A DNA stretch of 56,979 nt, taken from assembly GCA_964016885.1 (NCBI GenBank), contig CAXHJY010001216.1, positions 1-56,979 of the forward strand, given 5' to 3'. Within the stretch, counting starts at the first letter, position 1; each line of letters starts with the position of its first letter. Below are positions 13,101 through 26,574 of the stretch, piece after piece. The position numbers were made by a program, and so were the translations under genes. The stretch comes from Eledone cirrhosa. Its lineage: Eukaryota. Under the pieces are notes generated by a model. The model was not told where the DNA came from, did no database searches, and saw only the letters and a list, made by a program, of their open reading frames with translations.

Positions 13101-16100
13101 GTCATGTGGGGCTGAGATATTGGGCTAGATCATTACACCATATTACCTTGGGTCATGTGGAGCTGAGATATTGGGCTAGATCATTACACCATATTGCCTT
13201 GGGTCATGTGGGGCTGAGATATTGGGCTAGATCATTACACCATATTGCCTTGGGTCATGTGGGCTGAGATATTGGGCTAGATCATTACACCATATTGCCT
13301 TGGGTCATGTGGGGCTGAGATATTGGGCTAGATCATTACACCATATTGCCTTGGGTCATGTGGGGCTGAGATATTGGGCTAGATCATTACACCATATTGC
13401 CTTGGGTCATGTGTGGCTGAGATATTGGGCTAGATCATTGTACCATGTTACCTTGGGTCATGTGGGGCTGAGATATTGGGCTAGATCATTACACCATATT
13501 GCCTTGGGTCATGTGGAGCTGAGATATTGGGCTAGATCATTACACCATATTGCCTTGGGTCATGTGGAGCTGAGATATTGGGCTAGATCATTACACCATA
13601 TTGCCTTGGGTCATGTGGAGATGAGATATTGGGCTAGATCATTACACCATGTTACCTTGGGTCATGTTGGGCTGAGATATTGGGCTAGATCATTGTACCA
13701 TGTTACCTTGGGTCATGTGGGGCTGACATATTGGGCTAGATCATTGTACCATATTGCCTTGGGTCATGTGGAGCTGAGATATTGGGCTAGATCATTGTAC
13801 CATGTTACCTTGGGTCATGTGGAGCTGAGATATTGGGCTAGATCATTATACCATGTTGCCTTGGGTCATGTGGAGCTGAGATATTGGGCTAGATCATTAC
13901 ACCATATTGCCTTGGGTCATGTGGGGCTGAGATATTGGGCTAGATCATTGCACCATATTGCCTTGGGTCATGTGGGGCTGAGATATTGGGCTAGATCATT
14001 ACACCATATTACCTTGGGTCATGTGGAGCTGAGATATTGGGCTAGATCATTATACCATATTGCCTTGGGTCATGTGGAGCTGAGATATTGGGCTAGATCA
14101 TTACACCATATTGCCTTGGGTCATGTGGGGCTGAGATATTGGGCTAGATCATTGCACCATATTGCCTTGGGTCATGTGGGGCTGAGATATTGGGCTAGAT
14201 CATTACACCATATTACCTTGGGTCATGTGGGGCTGAGATATTGGGCTAGATCATTACACCATATTACCTTGGGTCATGTGGAGCTGAGATATTGGGCTAG
14301 ATCATTGTACCATATTGCCTTGGGTCATGTGGGGCTGAGATATTGGGCTAGATCATTACACCATATTACCTTGGGTCATGTGGGGCTGAGATATTGGGCT
14401 AGATCATTATACCATGTTACCTTGGGTCATGTGGGGCTGAGATATTGGGCTAGATCATTATACCATGTTACCTTGGGTCATGTGGGGCTGAGATATTGGG
14501 CTAGATCATTGTACTATATTACCTTGGGTCATGTGGGGCTGAGATATTGGGCTAGATCATTATACCATGTTGCCTTGGGTCATGTGGGGCTGAGATATTG
14601 GGCTAGATCATTGCACCATATTACCTTGGGTCATGTGGGGCTGAGATATTGGGCTAGATCATTGTACCATATTGCCTTGGGTCATGTGGAGCTGAGATAT
14701 TGGGCTAGATCATTATACCATATTACCTTGGGTCATGTGGGGCTGAGATATTGGGCTAGATCATTGTACCATGTTACCTTGGGTCATATGGGGCTGAGAT
14801 ATTGGGCTAGATCATTGTACCATGTTACCTTGGGTCATGTGGGGCTGAGATATTGGGCTAGATCATTGTACCATGTTACCTTGGGTCATGTGGGGCTGAG
14901 ATATTGGGCTAGATCATTGTACCATGTTACCTTGGGTCATGTGGGGCTGAGATATTGGGCTAGATCATTGTACCATATTGCCTTGGGTCATGTGGGGCTG
15001 AGATATTGGGCTAGATCATTACACCATATTACCTTGGGTCATGTGGGGCTGAGATATTGGGCGCTGAGATATTGGGATAGATCATTATACCATGTTACCT
15101 TGGGTCATGTGGGGCTGAGATATTGGGATAGATCATTACACCATATTGCCTTGGGTCATGTGGGGCTGAGATATTGGGATAGATCATTATACCATGTTAC
15201 CTTGGGTCATGTGGGGCTGAGATATTGGGCTAGATCATTACACCATATTGCCTTGGGTCATGTGGAGCTGAGATATTGGGCTAGATCATTACACCATATT
15301 GCCTTGGGTCATGTGGGGCTGAGATATTGGGCTAGATCATTACACCATATTGCCTTGGGTCATGTGGGGCTGAGATATTGGGCTAGATCATTACACCATA
15401 TTGCCTTGGGTCATGTGGGGCTGAGATATTGGGCTAGATCATTACACCATATTGCCTTGGGTCATGTGGGGCTGAGATATTGGGCTAGATCATTACACCA
15501 TATTGCCTTGGGTCATGTGGGGCTGAGATATTGGGCGAGATCATTGTGCCATGTTACCTTGGGTCATGTGGGGCTGAGATATTGGGCTAGATCATTACAC
15601 CATATTGCCTTGGGTCATGTGGAGCTGAGATATTGGGCTAGATCATTACACCATATTGCCTTGGGTCATGTGGGGCTGAGATATTGGGCTAGATCATTAC
15701 ACCATATTGCCTTGGGTCATGTGGGGCTGAGATATTGGGCTAGATCATTACACCATATTGCCTTGGGTCATGTGGGGCTGAGATATTGGGCTAGATCATT
15801 ACACCATATTGCCTTGGGTCATGTGGGGCTGAGATATTGGGCTAGATCATTGCACCATATTGCCTTGGGTCATGTGGGGCTGAGATATTGGGCTAGATCA
15901 TTACACCATATTGCCTTGGGTCATGTGGGGCTGAGATATTGGGCTAGATCATTATAGCATGTTGCCTTGGGTCATGTGGAGCTGAGATATTGGGCTAGAT
16001 CATTATACCATGTTGCCTTGGGTCATGCGGAGCTGAGATATTGGGCTAGATCATTACACCATATTGCCTTGGGTCATGTGGGGCTGAGATATTGGGCTAG

Positions 16101-19100
16101 ATCATTGCACCATATTGCCTTGGGTCATGTGGAGCTGAGATATTGGGCTAGATCATTACACCATATTGCCTTGGGTCATGTGGAGCTGAGATATTGGGCT
16201 AGATCATTACACCATATTGCCTTGGGTCATGTGGAGCTGAGATATTGGGCTAGATCATTACACCATATTGCCTTGGGTCATGTGGTGCTGAGATATTGGG
16301 CTAGATCATTGTACCATGTTACCTTGGGTCATGTGGGGCTGAGATATTGGGCTAGATCATTACACCATATTGCCTTGGGTCATGTGGAGCTGAGATATTG
16401 GGCTAGATCATTACACCATGTTACCTTGGGTCATGTGGGGCTGAGATATTGGGCTAGATCATTACACCATATTGCCTTGGGTCATGTGGAGCTGAGATAT
16501 TGGGCTAGATCATTACACCATGTTACCTTGGGTCATGTGGAGCTGAGATATTGGGCTAGATCATTACACCATGTTACCTTGGGTCATGTGGAGCTGAGAT
16601 ATTGGGCTAGATCATTACACCATATTGCCTTGGGTCATGTGGAGCTGAGATATTGGGCTAGATCATTACACCATATTACCTTGGGTCATGTGGAGCTGAG
16701 ATATTGGGCTAGATCATTATACCATGTTGCCTTGGGTCATGTGCAGCTGAGATATTGGGCTAGATCATTACACCATATTGCCTTGGGTCATGTGGGGCTG
16801 AGATATTGGGCTAGATCATTGCACCATATTGCCTTGGGTCATGTGGGGCTGAGATATTGGGCTAGATCATTGCACCATATTGCCTTGGGTCATGTGGGGC
16901 TGAGATATTGGGCTAGATCATTACACCATATTACCTTGGGTCATGTGGAGCTGAGATATTGGGCTAGATCATTATACCATATTGCCTTGGGTCATGTGGA
17001 GCTGAGATATTGGGCTAGATCATTACACCATATTGCCTTGGGTCATGTGGGGCTGAGATATTGGGCTAGATCATTGCACCATATTGCCTTGGGTCATGTG
17101 GGGCTGAGATATTGGGCTAGATCATTACACCATATTACCTTGGGTCATGTGGGGCTGAGATATTGGGCTAGATCATTGTACCATATTGCCTTGGGTCATG
17201 TGGAGCTGAGATATTGGGCTAGATCATTACACCATATTGCCTTGGGTCATGTGGGGCTGAGATATTGGGCTAGATCATTGTACCATGTTACCTTGGGTCA
17301 TGTGGAGCTGAGATATTGGGATAGATCATTACACCATATTGCCTTGGGTCATGTGGGGCTGAGATATTGGGCTAGATCATTGTACCATGTTACCTTGGGT
17401 CATGTGGGGCTGAGATATTGGGCTAGATCATTGTACCATGTTACCTTGGGTCATGTGGGGCTGAGATATTGGGCTAGATCATTGTACCATGTTACCTTGG
17501 GTCATGTGGGGCTGAGATATTGGGCTAGATCATTGTACCATGTTACCTTGGGTCATGTGGGGCTGAGATATTGGGCTAGATCATTGTACCATATTGCCTT
17601 GGGTCATGTGGGGCTGAGATATTGGGCTAGATCATTACACCATATTACCTTGGGTCATGTGGGGCTGAGATATTGGGCTAGATCATTATACCATGTTACC
17701 TTGGGTCATGTGGGGCTGAGATATTGGGATAGATCATTATACCATGTTACCTTGGGTCATGTGGGGCTGAGATATTGGGATAGATCATTACACCATATTG
17801 CCTTGGGTCATGTGGGGCTGAGATATTGGGATAGATCATTATACCATGTTACCTTGGGTCATGTGGAGCTGAGATATTGGGCTAGATCATTACACCATAT
17901 TGCCTTGGGTCATGTGGAGCTGAGATATTGGGCTAGATCATTACACCATATTACCTTGGGTCATGTGGGGCTGAGATATTGGGCTAGATCATTACACCAT
18001 ATTGCCTTGGGTCATGTGGGGCTGAGATATTGGGCTAGATCATTACACCATGTTACCTTGGGTCATGTGGAGCTGAGATATTGGGCTAGATCATTGTACC
18101 ATATTACCTTGGGTCATGTGGAGCTGAGATATTGGGCTAGATCATTACACCATGTTGCCTTGGGTCATGTGGAGCTGAGATATTGGGTTAGATCATTACA
18201 CCATATTGCCTTGGGTCATGTGGGGCTGAGATATTGGGCTAGATCATTACACCATATTACTTGGGTCATGTGGAGCTGAGATATTGGGCTAGATCATTAC
18301 ACCATATTGCCTTGGGTCATGTGGGGCTGAGATATTGGGCTAGATCATTACACCATATTACCTTGGGTCATGTGGAGCTGAGATATTGGGCTAGATCATT
18401 ACACCATATTGCCTTGGGTCATGTGGGGCTGAGATATTGGGATAGATCATTATACCATGTTACCTTGGGTCATGTGGGGCTGAGATATTGGGCTAGATCA
18501 TTACACCATATTGCCTTGGGTCATGTGGAGCTGAGATATTGGGCTAGATCATTACACCATATTGCCTTGGGTCATGTGGGGCTGAGATATTGGGCTAGAT
18601 CATTACACCATATTGCCTTGGGTCATGTGGGGCTGAGATATTGGGCTAGATCATTACACCATATTGCCTTGGGTCATGTGGGGCTGAGATATTGGGCTAG
18701 ATCATTACACCATATTGCCTTGGGTCATGTGGGGCTGAGATATTGGGCTAGATCATTACACCATATTGCCTTGGGTCATGTGGGGCTGAGATATTGGGCG
18801 AGATCATTGTGCCATGTTACCTTGGGTCATGTGGGGCTGAGATATTGGGCTAGATCATTACACCATATTGCCTTGGGTCATGTGGAGCTGAGATATTGGG
18901 CTAGATCATTACACCATATTGCCTTGGGTCATGTGGGGCTGAGATATTGGGCTAGATCATTACACCATATTGCCTTGGGTCATGTGGGGCTGAGATATTG
19001 GGCTAGATCATTACACCATATTGCCTTGGGTCATGTGGGGCTGAGATATTGGGCTAGATCATTACACCATATTGCCTTGGGTCATGTGGGGCTGAGATAT

Positions 19101-22100
19101 TGGGCTAGATCATTGCACCATATTGCCTTGGGTCATGTGGGGCTGAGATATTGGGCTAGATCATTACACCATATTGCCTTGGGTCATGTGGGGCTGAGAT
19201 ATTGGGCTAGATCATTATAGCATGTTGCCTTGGGTCATGTGGAGCTGAGATATTGGGCTAGATCATTACACCATGTTACCTTGGGTCATGTGGAGCTGAG
19301 ATATTGGGCTAGATCATTACACCATATTGCCTTGGGTCATGTGGAGCTGAGATATTGGGCTAGATCATTACACCATATTACCTTGGGTCATGTGGAGCTG
19401 AGATATTGGGCTAGATCATTATACCATGTTGCCTTGGGTCATGTGGAGCTGAGATATTGGGCTAGATCATTACACCATATTGCCTTGGGTCATGTGGGGC
19501 TGAGATATTGGGCTAGATCATTGCACCATATTGCCTTGGGTCATGTGGGGCTGAGATATTGGGCTAGATCATTGCACCATATTGCCTTGGGTCATGTGGG
19601 GCTGAGATATTGGGCTAGATCATTACACCATATTACCTTGGGTCATGTGGAGCTGAGATATTGGGCTAGATCATTATACCATATTGCCTTGGGTCATGTG
19701 GAGCTGAGATATTGGGCTAGATCATTACACCATATTGCCTTGGGTCATGTGGGGCTGAGATATTGGGCTAGATCATTGCACCATATTGCCTTGGGTCATG
19801 TGGGGCTGAGATATTGGGCTAGATCATTACACCATATTACCTTGGGTCATGTGGGGCTGAGATATTGGGCTAGATCATTGTACCATATTGCCTTGGGTCA
19901 TGTGGAGCTGAGATATTGGGCTAGATCATTACACCATATTACCTTGGGTCATGTGGAGCTGAGATATTGGGCTAGATCATTATACCATATTGCCTTGGGT
20001 CATGTGGAGCTGAGATATTGGGCTAGATCATTACACCATATTACCTTGGGTCATGTGGAGCTGAGATATTGGGCTAGATCATTATACCATATTGCCTTGG
20101 GTCATGTGAGGCTGAGATATTGGGCTAGATCATTACACCATATTACCTTGGGTCATGTGGAGCTGAGATATTGGGCTAGATCATTATACCATATTGCCTT
20201 GGGTCATGTGGAGCTGAGATATTGGGCTAGATCATTACACCATATTGCCTTGGGTCATGTGGGGCTGAGATATTGGGCTAGATCATTGCACCATATTGCC
20301 TTGGGTCATGTGGGGCTGAGATATTGGGCTAGATCATTACACCATATTACCTTGGGTCATGTGGGGCTGAGATATTGGGCTAGATCATTGTACCATATTG
20401 CCTTGGGTCATGTGGAGCTGAGATATTGGGCTAGATCATTACACCATATTGCCTTGGGTCATGTGGGGCTGAGATATTGGGCTAGATCATTGTACCATGT
20501 TACCTTGGGTCATGTGGAGCTGAGATATTGGGATAGATCATTACACCATATTGCCTTGGGTCATGTGGGGCTGAGATATTGGGCTAGATCATTGTACCAT
20601 GTTACCTTGGGTCATGTGGGGCTGAGATATTGGGCTAGATCATTGTACCATGTTACCTTGGGTCATGTGGGGCTGAGATATTGGGCTAGATCATTGTACC
20701 ATGTTACCTTGGGTCATGTGGGGCTGAGATATTGGGCTAGATCATTGTACCATGTTACCTTGGGTCATGTGGGGCTGAGATATTGGGCTAGATCATTGTA
20801 CCATATTGCCTTGGGTCATGTGGGGCTGAGATATTGGGCTAGATCATTACACCATATTACCTTGGGTCATGTGGGGCTGAGATATTGGGCTAGATCATTA
20901 TACCATGTTACCTTGGGTCATGTGGGGCTGAGATATTGGGATAGATCATTATACCATGTTACCTTGGGTCATGTGGGGCTGAGATATTGGGATAGATCAT
21001 TACACCATATTGCCTTGGGTCATGTGGGGCTGAGATATTGGGATAGATCATTATACCATGTTACCTTGGGTCATGTGGAGCTGAGATATTGGGCTAGATC
21101 ATTACACCATATTGCCTTGGGTCATGTGGAGCTGAGATATTGGGCTAGATCATTACACCATATTACCTTGGGTCATGTGGGGCTGAGATATTGGGCTAGA
21201 TCATTACACCATATTGCCTTGGGTCATGTGGGGCTGAGATATTGGGCTAGATCATTACACCATGTTACCTTGGGTCATGTGGAGCTGAGATATTGGGCTA
21301 GATCATTGTACCATATTACCTTGGGTCATGTGGAGCTGAGATATTGGGCTAGATCATTACACCATGTTGCCTTGGGTCATGTGGAGCTGAGATATTGGGT
21401 TAGATCATTACACCATATTGCCTTGGGTCATGTGGGGCTGAGATATTGGGCTAGATCATTACACCATATTACTTGGGTCATGTGGAGCTGAGATATTGGG
21501 CTAGATCATTACACCATATTGCCTTGGGTCATGTGGGGCTGAGATATTGGGCTAGATCATTACACCATATTACCTTGGGTCATGTGGAGCTGAGATATTG
21601 GGCTAGATCATTACACCATATTGCCTTGGGTCATGTGGAGCTGAGATATTGGGCTAGATCATTACACCATATTGCCTTGGGTCATGTGGAGATGAGATAT
21701 TGGGCTAGATCATTACACCATGTTACCTTGGGTCATGTGGGGCTGAGATATTGGGCTAGATCATTGTACCATGTTACCTTGGGTCATGTGGGGCTGAGAT
21801 ATTGGGCTAGATCATTACACCATATTACCTTGGGTCATGTGGAGCTGAGATATTGGGCTAGATCATTGCACCATATTGCCTTGGGTCATGTGGGGCTGAG
21901 ATATTGGGCTAGATCATTACACCATATTGCCTTGGGTCATGTGGGGCTGAGATATTGGGCTAGATCATTACACCATATTGCCTTGGGTCATGTGGGGCTG
22001 AGATATTGGGCTAGATCATTACACCATGTTACCTTGGGTCATGTGGAGCTGAGATATTGGGCTAGATCATTGCACCATATTGCCTTGGGTCATGTGAGGC

Positions 22101-23812
22101 TGAGATATTGGGCTAGATCATTACACCATATTGCCTTGGGTCATGTGGGGCTGAGATATTAGGCTAGATCATTACACCATATTGCCTTGGGTCATGTGGG
22201 GCTGAGATATTGGGCTAGATCATTACACCATATTGCCTTGGGTCATGTGGAGCTGAGATATTGGGATAGATCATTACACCATATTGCCTTGGGTCATGTG
22301 GGGCTGAGATATTGGGCTAGATCATTACACCATATTGCCTTGGGTCATGTGGGGCTGAGATATTGGGCTAGATCATTACACCATATTGCCTTGGGTCATG
22401 TGGGGCTGAGATATTGGGCTAGATCATTACACCATATTGCCTTGGGTCGTGTGGGGCTGAGATATTGGGCTAGATCATTACACCATATTGCCTTGGGTCA
22501 TGTGGGGCTGAGATATTGGGCTAGATCATTGTACCATGTTACCTTGGGTCATGTGGGGCTGAGATATTGGGCCATTACACCATATTGCCTTGGGTCATGT
22601 GGAGCTGAGATATTGGGCTAGATCATTACACCATATTGCCTTGGGTCATGTGGGGCTGAGATATTGGGCTAGATCATTATACCATGTTACCTTGGGTCAT
22701 GTGGGGCTGAGATATTGGGCTAGATCATTACACCATATTGCCTTGGGTCATGTGGGGCTGAGATATTGGGCTAGATCATTACACCATATTGCCTTGGGTC
22801 ATGTGGGGCTGAGATATTGGGCTAGATCATTATACCATGTTACCTTGGGTCATGTGGGGCTGAGATATTGGGCTAGATCATTACACCATATTGCCTTGGG
22901 TCATGTGGGGCTGAGATATTGGGCTAGATCATTACACCATATTGCCTTGGGTCATGTGGGGCTGAGATATTGGGCTAGATCATTACACCATATTGCCTTG
23001 GGTCATGTGGGGCTGAGATATTGGGCTAGATCATTACACCATATTGCCTTGGGTCATGTGGGGCTGAGATATTGGGCTAGATCATTATAGCATGTTGCCT
23101 TGGGTCATGTGGAGCTGAGATATTGGGCTAGATCATTATACCATGTTGCCTTGGGTCATGCGGAGCTGAGATATTGGGCTAGATCATTACACCATATTGC
23201 CTTGGGTCATGTGGAGCTGAGATATTGGGCTAGATCATTACACCATATTGCCTTGGGTCATGTGGGGCTGAGATATTGGGCTAGATCATTACACCATGTT
23301 ACCTTGGGTCATGTGGAGCTGAGATATTGGGCTAGATCATTACACCATATTGCCTTGGGTCATGTGGAGCTGAGATATTGGGCTAGATCATTGTACCATG
23401 TTACCTTGGGTCATGTGGAGCTGAGATATTGGGCTAGATCATTACACCATATTGCCTTGGGTCATGTGGGGCTGAGATATTGGGCTAGATCATTGCACCA
23501 TATTGCCTTGGGTCATGTGGGGCTGAGATATTGGGCTAGATCATTACACCATATTACCTTGGGTCATGTGGAGCTGAGATATTGGGCTAGATCATTGCAC
23601 CATATTGCCTTGGGTCATGTGGGCTGAGATATTGGGCTAGATCATTACACCATATTGCCTTGGGTCATGTGGAGCTGAGATATTGGGCTAGATCATTACA
23701 CCATATTGCCTTGGGTCATGTGGGGCTGAGATATTGGGCTAGATCATTACACCATATTGCCTTGGGTCATGTGGGGCTGAGATATTGGGCTAGATCATTG
23801 CGCCATATTGCC
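7157..23812. repeat. 51-bp satellite, ~327 copies, 16.7 kb
   Basis: Unit ccttgggtcatgtgg(g/a)gctgagatattgggctagatcatt(a/g)(c/t)accat(a/g)tt(g/a); copy number = length/51. Confidence 0.98.
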
Positions 23813-23866
23813 GTAGGCCATCCTCTGCTTCTTCTCCACTGTCTTGGTGTCCAGTCAGTCACTCAA

Positions 23867-23868
<2 letters not shown>
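23790..23868 (-). pseudogene. RTE LINE ORF C-terminus, proximal half (right flank of the 51-mer array)
   Basis: Minus translation VTDWTPRQWRRSRGWPTAIWRNDLAQYLSPT runs in frame into the array; W-x-P...RG(R>W)P..W..D is the RTE C-terminal motif. Confidence 0.75.
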
Positions 23869-23907
<39 letters not shown>

Positions 23908-23913
23908 ATAATA

Positions 23914-23995
23914 GATCTTGCCCAATTGTACCTCTCAAAGGCACAGGACCAAGATCTCTGGCATTATGTAGTAATACAGAAGATCCAACTTCCCA
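23914..23995 (+). mobile_element. Short RTE fragment related to 5275-5778
   Basis: DLAQLYLSK-AQDQDLWHYVVIQK vs DLTHLHLSKTMSLDRDLWHYAVIQN. Confidence 0.65.
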
Positions 23996-24269
23996 TGGGC
24001 ACAGGCCGAAGCTGAAGCATATATACAGTATGCCCTGCCCCATATATATATATTTATTTATTTATTTATCCATGTAAATGTTGTTCTCATGTTAAAGTCA
24101 ACTCCCTATTTTTTTCTTGCACCTAATAATTTGGATTTCTATGTATTTCATGTAAAAGTTAACCCCTATTCTTCATAAGAAGGAGGGGGGGGGGGTCATA
24201 ATCAATATTTGTGAATCGAAGTATGTATTATCCTGAACACAAATGTTTCAATGAGGACAATTTTTCTAC

Positions 24270-24408
24270 ACTTTATTTTATTGACCCCAGAAGGATGAAA
24301 GGCTAAATTGACTTTGGTGGGATTTGGAACTCAGGATGTAAGGAACCAGAACAAATACCACAATGGCCTGTTATCCAACGCTCAACCAATTCTGCAAATC
24401 CACCACCT
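24270..24408 (-). mobile_element. tRNA-derived SINE (3'-truncated)
   Basis: ttttattgaccccagaaggatgaaaggc...gggatttggaactcag...tctgcaaatccaccacct is the reverse complement of the SINE at 1639. Confidence 0.8.
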
Positions 24409-24690
24409 CTTGTATTCAATATAATATTAACTGTATAAATGAAATGTAAATATTATGATACCAATAATATCCCCAATGGGAAATAGTAAATGAAATATAG
24501 ACCAATATTTCTAGAAGTTTAGAACCACAGAATTATTAATCACAGAATTTGTATTCAAGTAGGGAGGAAAATTTGAGCTGGTTTCAGTCAATGTAAATCG
24601 TTTTAAAGATTAATTTTTGACAGCAGTTTCAGTAAATTATTTGGCATTTTTAAAATATTTGTAGTGAATATTCTTAGTATTGAAATAATG

Positions 24691-24694
<4 letters not shown>

Positions 24695-24736
<42 letters not shown>

Positions 24737-24775
24737 TTGGAGCTCTGTATTGCAAAATACATTATATATACATCC

Positions 24776-24806
<31 letters not shown>

Positions 24807-24867
24807 CATATATATATATATATATTAGAATTGGAGCTCTGTATTGCAAAATACATTATATATACAT

Positions 24868-24894
<27 letters not shown>
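24695..24894. repeat. (TA)n tract with a duplicated ~50-bp insert (ttagaattggagctctgtattgcaaaatacattatatatacatcc x2)
   Basis: Copies at ~24731 and ~24824. Confidence 0.9.
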
Positions 24895-24901
<7 letters not shown>

Positions 24902-25090
24902 AAAAAGAGATGAAATCGAAAATGCAACTGAAGTCTTATTTTTTTTTTAAATATATATATTTATTTGGTTCCTTTACCGGTAAATAAGACTTCAATTGCA
25001 TTTTCGATTTCATCTCTTTTTCTTTATACTTCCACTCGTGTAGGACACCTCGGTTATTTTTCTTTTTGTAAAAAAAACCTCACTTTCTAA
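24895..25090 (+). mobile_element. Foldback element in TA tract (47-bp inverted arms plus ~60-bp tail), Penelope-like architecture
   Basis: 24895-24941 is the reverse complement of 24982-25028 (1 mismatch); (TA)n on both sides. Confidence 0.55.
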
Positions 25091-25244
25091 TATATATATA
25101 TATATATATATCCTAAATAACAGACACTCAGGATTTAAAGAAACATTATTTCAAAGTGATTGAAATGATTTAAAGAAAGGTTAATTCTATACTGGACATA
25201 ACAGTCTAATGTTCTTTTGAAAATAGAGTGAAGTGATTTGAGTC

Positions 25245-25522
25245 CTAGACTCACCTGGTTCTGGCTTACAGTACCTGATCCATGGTTACACTCCCATTTG
25301 ATTTCGAAAGGCTAAGTTAGTTTTTGGCCTGCATTGTGAAGGGGATAGGGATGGAGTGAGAGGTTATCAACCTTACCTCTATTAATCAAAATTGCCACAG
25401 AAATGACAAGGTGATACCTTAGTCAGTGAGCAGGCTCGTGACAAGTCTAGCAACCAGGTGGAATGGAGATCTCTCACCACCCAATGTTTCATAGTGAGTA
25501 AAGAGAACTAAAGTAGAAGAAG
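25245..25522 (+). mobile_element. Possible old SINE with RTE-like 3' tail
   Basis: Ends cccaatgtttcatagtgagtaaagagaactaaagtagaagaaga, reminiscent of RTE 3' ends; recall only. Confidence 0.3.
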
Positions 25523-25599
25523 AATATATTCTGCATAAAATATAACCAATCTTGACCTACTAAAAAATCACATTACTTTTCATACCAAAAATCACATTA

Positions 25600-25847
25600 C
25601 TTTTCATACCAAATCCCCTGAAACTGCCCATGGTACAACACTATAAACCCAATTATTTTAATGTGTTTATATTTATCTAAAACCTTCCATCATAATTCTA
25701 TATAAGAACTTTTATGTTCTTAATACCAGATAGATAACAAGAAAGTTAGTTATGTTGCTAAACCCATTCCAAATTCTTCATTATTTTCAAAATTATTTAA
25801 AAATCACAGGCAGAGTCTTTCATTTGAAATATATTAATGAAAGGGTC
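25600..25847. mobile_element. Possible degenerate MITE-like dispersed repeat
   Basis: AT-rich, ends gaaagggt; resembles a recalled octopus element with accctttc termini; left end eroded. Confidence 0.25.
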
Positions 25848-26285
25848 TAAACTGCCCCAATTAAAAGAACAATACAAAAGGTAAAGCTCATCCTAGCTGC
25901 TCTTTGACTGTAAGGAGATAGGATGGTCATGGCTGGAATACCTTTCATCAAAGGACTATTCCAGGTTTCACTGGGGGCTACACAGCCAGTGGACTTAAGA
26001 ATTAGGAAGAGTTACATATAGTTCAAATAGTTGTACAGTATGCAGTACAGAGTACATCACCAAGACAGTACAGAGTACACCACCAACGCAGCACACCACA
26101 GTACACAGTACACCACCAACACAGCACACCCACCAACACAGCACACCCACCAACACAGCACACCACAGTAGTATACAATTGACACAGTAGTGTTCTGTTT
26201 ACAAACTGGTTACTTCACTCATCAAAACCTGTCTTTTCCTGTCTTCCAGCTATATTCCACTATACAATAATTATTGTTATATATA

Positions 26286-26457
26286 CATCAGCACAGCAAC
26301 AACAGCAGCAAAGACAGCAACAGCAGCAACAGAAACAACAGCAAAGACAGCAACAACAGCAGCAACAACAACAGCAGCTACAGCAACAACAACAGCAGCA
26401 ATGACCGCAGCAACGACAGCAGCAAAGATGACGACGACAACAGCAGCAGCAGCAGCA
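26286..26457. repeat. (CAG/CAA)n microsatellite
   Basis: Directly visible. Confidence 0.95.
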
Positions 26458-26574
26458 TAAGCTGACATAATATAAGCTAGGAGTAAATCAGTCAGTCAGT
26501 CATTTGACTGGTGGGCCATCCAGCCAGTCAACTGGTCAGTCAGTCTCTTAGTTGGTCTATTGGTTAATCAGTTT

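Noticed and set aside
7153-23911. Giant His-rich repeat protein (LGHVGLRYWARSLHHIA)n, tempting as a cephalopod structural protein
   Set aside because: The frame is open only because 51 is divisible by 3; it is antisense to the RTE ORF that seeded the array, mostly lacks ATG starts, has no signal peptide and is broken by recurrent frameshifts and stops.
25915-25985. Similarity to 39685-39752 (gatggtca.gg.tgg.a..ccttt...ggg.cta)
   Set aside because: Probably two old copies of one dispersed repeat, but too short and diverged to delimit or name by eye.
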